Shown here: positions 61,901 through 64,000 of the stretch, piece after piece | Numbering within the stretch: the first letter of the stretch is position 1 | How the letters are laid out: every line of letters begins with the position of its first letter | NCBI GenBank assembly: GCA_002269645.1 | Contig: NIVC01002739.1 | Span: forward strand, 1-64,000 | Source of the DNA: Macrostomum lignano | Lineage: Eukaryota | Direction of reading: 5' to 3' | DNA: 64,000 bases | Made by a program: the position numbers and the translations under genes | The notes under the pieces: generated by a model | Seen by the model: only the letters and a program-made list of their open reading frames with translations | Database searches by the model: none | Told to the model about the DNA's origin: nothing

Positions 61901-64000
61901 ACTGTCTTGTCTACTCTACTACTGTCTTGTCTACTCTACTACTGTCTTGTCTACTCTACTACTGGCTTGTCTACTCTACTACTGTCTTGTCTACTCTACT
62001 ACTGTCTTGTCTACTCTACTACTGTCTTGTCTACTCTACTACTGTCTTGCCTACTCTACTACTGTCTTGTCTACTCTACCGCTGTCTTGTCTACTTTACT
62101 ACTGGCTTGTCTACTCTACTACTGTCTTGTCTACTCTACTACTGTCTTGTCTACTCTACTACTGTCTTGTCTGCTCTACTACTGTCTTGTCTACTCTACT
62201 ACTGTCTTGTCTACTCTACTACTGTCTTGTCTACTCTACTACTGTCTTGTCTACTCTACTACTGTCTTGTCTACTCTACTACTGTCTTGTCTACTCTACC
62301 GCTGTCTTGTCTACTCTACTACTGTCTTGTCTACTCTACCGCTGTCTTGTCTACTCTACTACTGGCTTGTCTACTCTACTACTGTCTTGTCTACTCTACC
62401 GCTGTCTTGTCTACTCTATCGCTGTCTTGTCTACTCTACTACTGTCTTGTCTACTCTACTACTGTCTTGTCTACTCTACTACTGTCTTGTCTACTCTACT
62501 ACTGTCTTGTCTACTCTACTACTGTCTTGTCTACTCTACTACTGTCTTGTCTACTCTACTACTGGCTTGTCTACTCTACTACTGTCTTGTCTACTCTACT
62601 ACTGGCTTGTCTACTCTACTACTGTCTTGTCTACTCTACTACTGTCTTGTCTACTCTACTACTGTCTTGTCTACTCTACTACTGTCTTGCCTACTCTACT
62701 ACTGTCTTGTCTACTCTACCGCTGTCTTGTCTACTCTACTACTGGCTTGTCTACTCTACTACTGTCTTGTCTACTCTACTACTGTCTTGTCTACTCTACT
62801 ACTGTTTTGTCTACTCTACTACTGTCTTGTCTACTCTACTACTGTCTTGTCTACTCTACTACTGTCTTGTCTACTCTACTACTGTCTTGCCTACTCTACT
62901 ACTGTCTTGTTTACTCTACCGCTGTCTTGTCTACTCTACTACTGGCTTGTCTACTCTACTACTGTCTTGTCTACTCTACTACTGTCTTGTCTATTCAATT
63001 ACTGTCTTGTCTACTCTACTACTGTCTTGTCTACTCTACTACTGTCTTGTCTACTCTACTACTGTCTCGCCTACTCTACCGCTGTCTTGTCTACTCTACT
63101 ACTGTCTTGCCTACTCTACTACTGTCTTGTCTACTCTACTACTGTCTTGTCTACTCTACTACTGTCTTGTCTACTCTACTACTGTCTTGTCTACTCTACT
63201 ACTGTCTTGCCTACTCTACTACTGTCTTGTCTACTCTACCGCTGTCTTGTCTACTCTACTACTGGCTTGTCTACTCTACTACTGTCTTGTCTACTCTACT
63301 ACTGTCTTGTCTACTCTACTACTGTCTTGTCTACTCTACTACTGTCTTGTCTACTCTACCGCTGTCTTGTCTACTCTACTACTGTCTTGTCTACTCTACC
63401 GCTGTCTTGTCTACTCTACTACTGTCTTGTCTACTCTACTACTGTCTTGTCTACTCTACCGCTGTCCTGCCTACTCTGCTATTGCAATGTCTGCTCCACC
63501 GCTGTCTTTTCTATCTTGCCACTAATTTGTCCACTCTGCTACTGTCGTATCTACTCTACCTACTCTACCCTTGTGTACTTTTAACGTAACAGTTTAAGGT
63601 ATATACTTTACCAGTCTAACAGATGTAATCTACCCACGTCAATGTCATTTACCCCTGACCAGCTCTTGGACGAATTTATCTCATCCAAAACTGACATAAT
63701 TTAATTATCAAATGTGCCACAATTTCACCTACCGAATTCAACGCACCTGAGTTTTACAGCCAACGATATTAAAATAATCAACGCATTCCGTAATGTAAGG
63801 CTGGTCATGGTCCCAGGCCCGATGCAGAAACATGTAGTGCGCTGCCTGCATGGCCCAGCCAGGGCCTGGCAAATTCTTCAACTCGTGTTTCATTATAATC
63901 TTCAACGTAGATAGGCAGCCAAATCGCATTAACAAATACCAGATGTACATCCAGTCCAATCGACTTGGATGATTCATAATTATGATTGCACAATCGCGTT
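58983..64000 (-). CDS. LCLAT1: Lysocardiolipin acyltransferase 1-like (AGPAT family), 3' exons; 5' end lies beyond the window
   Basis: Exons >64000-63747, 60058-59911 and 59494-58983 (phases 0, 1). Motifs IIMNHPSRLDW (NHX4D), GWAMQAAHYMFLHRAW, LIFPEGT, VLQPRTLGF and LDAVYDLT match LCLAT1. Confidence 0.9.
59598..59815. repeat. Degenerate minisatellite with (T)TGGCGCCAC core in LCLAT1 intron
   Basis: Direct. Confidence 0.85.
60160..63560. repeat. 20-bp minisatellite ACTGTCTTGTCTACTCTACT (~170 copies) in LCLAT1 intron
   Basis: Direct; source of the three >1100-aa ORFs. Confidence 0.98.

Noticed and set aside
60167-63589. Three >1100-aa ORFs
   Set aside because: All three frames of a 20-bp array in an LCLAT1 intron; no start context or unique sequence.

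Overview
This is eukaryotic (metazoan) genomic DNA, not prokaryotic: GT-AG spliced genes with GC-rich exons, AT-rich spacers and a very high density of micro- and minisatellites. The style resembles the flatworm Macrostomum (inference only). I assembled gene models by hand from splice sites with phase-consistent joins: (1) the 3' part of a neprilysin/M13-like gene whose zinc-binding motifs are replaced; (2) a PAN-like plus ALK/LTK-type glycine-rich-domain protein with no TM or kinase; (3) a Zasp/PDLIM-type PDZ protein; (4,5) two small secreted knottin (ICK)-pattern peptides that the ORF track does not show as such; (6,7) an inverted pair of single-pass LRR receptors; (8) a secreted protein with two 6-Cys repeats of identical spacing; (9) a frameshifted intronless 7TM receptor; (10) BIN3; (11) the 3' part of LCLAT1; and a possible EEP-family fragment. 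Mobile DNA includes a full-length but mutated Ingi/I-group LINE (APE-RT-RNaseH-zinc knuckle) inserted with a 12-bp TSD into a mariner transposase next to a Tc1/IS630 remnant, an RTE-like RT fragment, a hAT-type MITE and a tRNA-derived SINE. The most notable signals are: a predicted HDV-like ribozyme starting exactly at the LINE 5' end; a ubiquitin-tail mimic (MRLRGG) just downstream, where related elements carry a 2A peptide; the two knottin genes sharing a phase-2 intron; the twin-domain Cys protein; and tandem 65-bp duplications of the splice donor in both LRR genes. Most long ORFs in the supplied track are translations of tandem repeats. No CRISPR array, rRNA or intact tRNA was seen.
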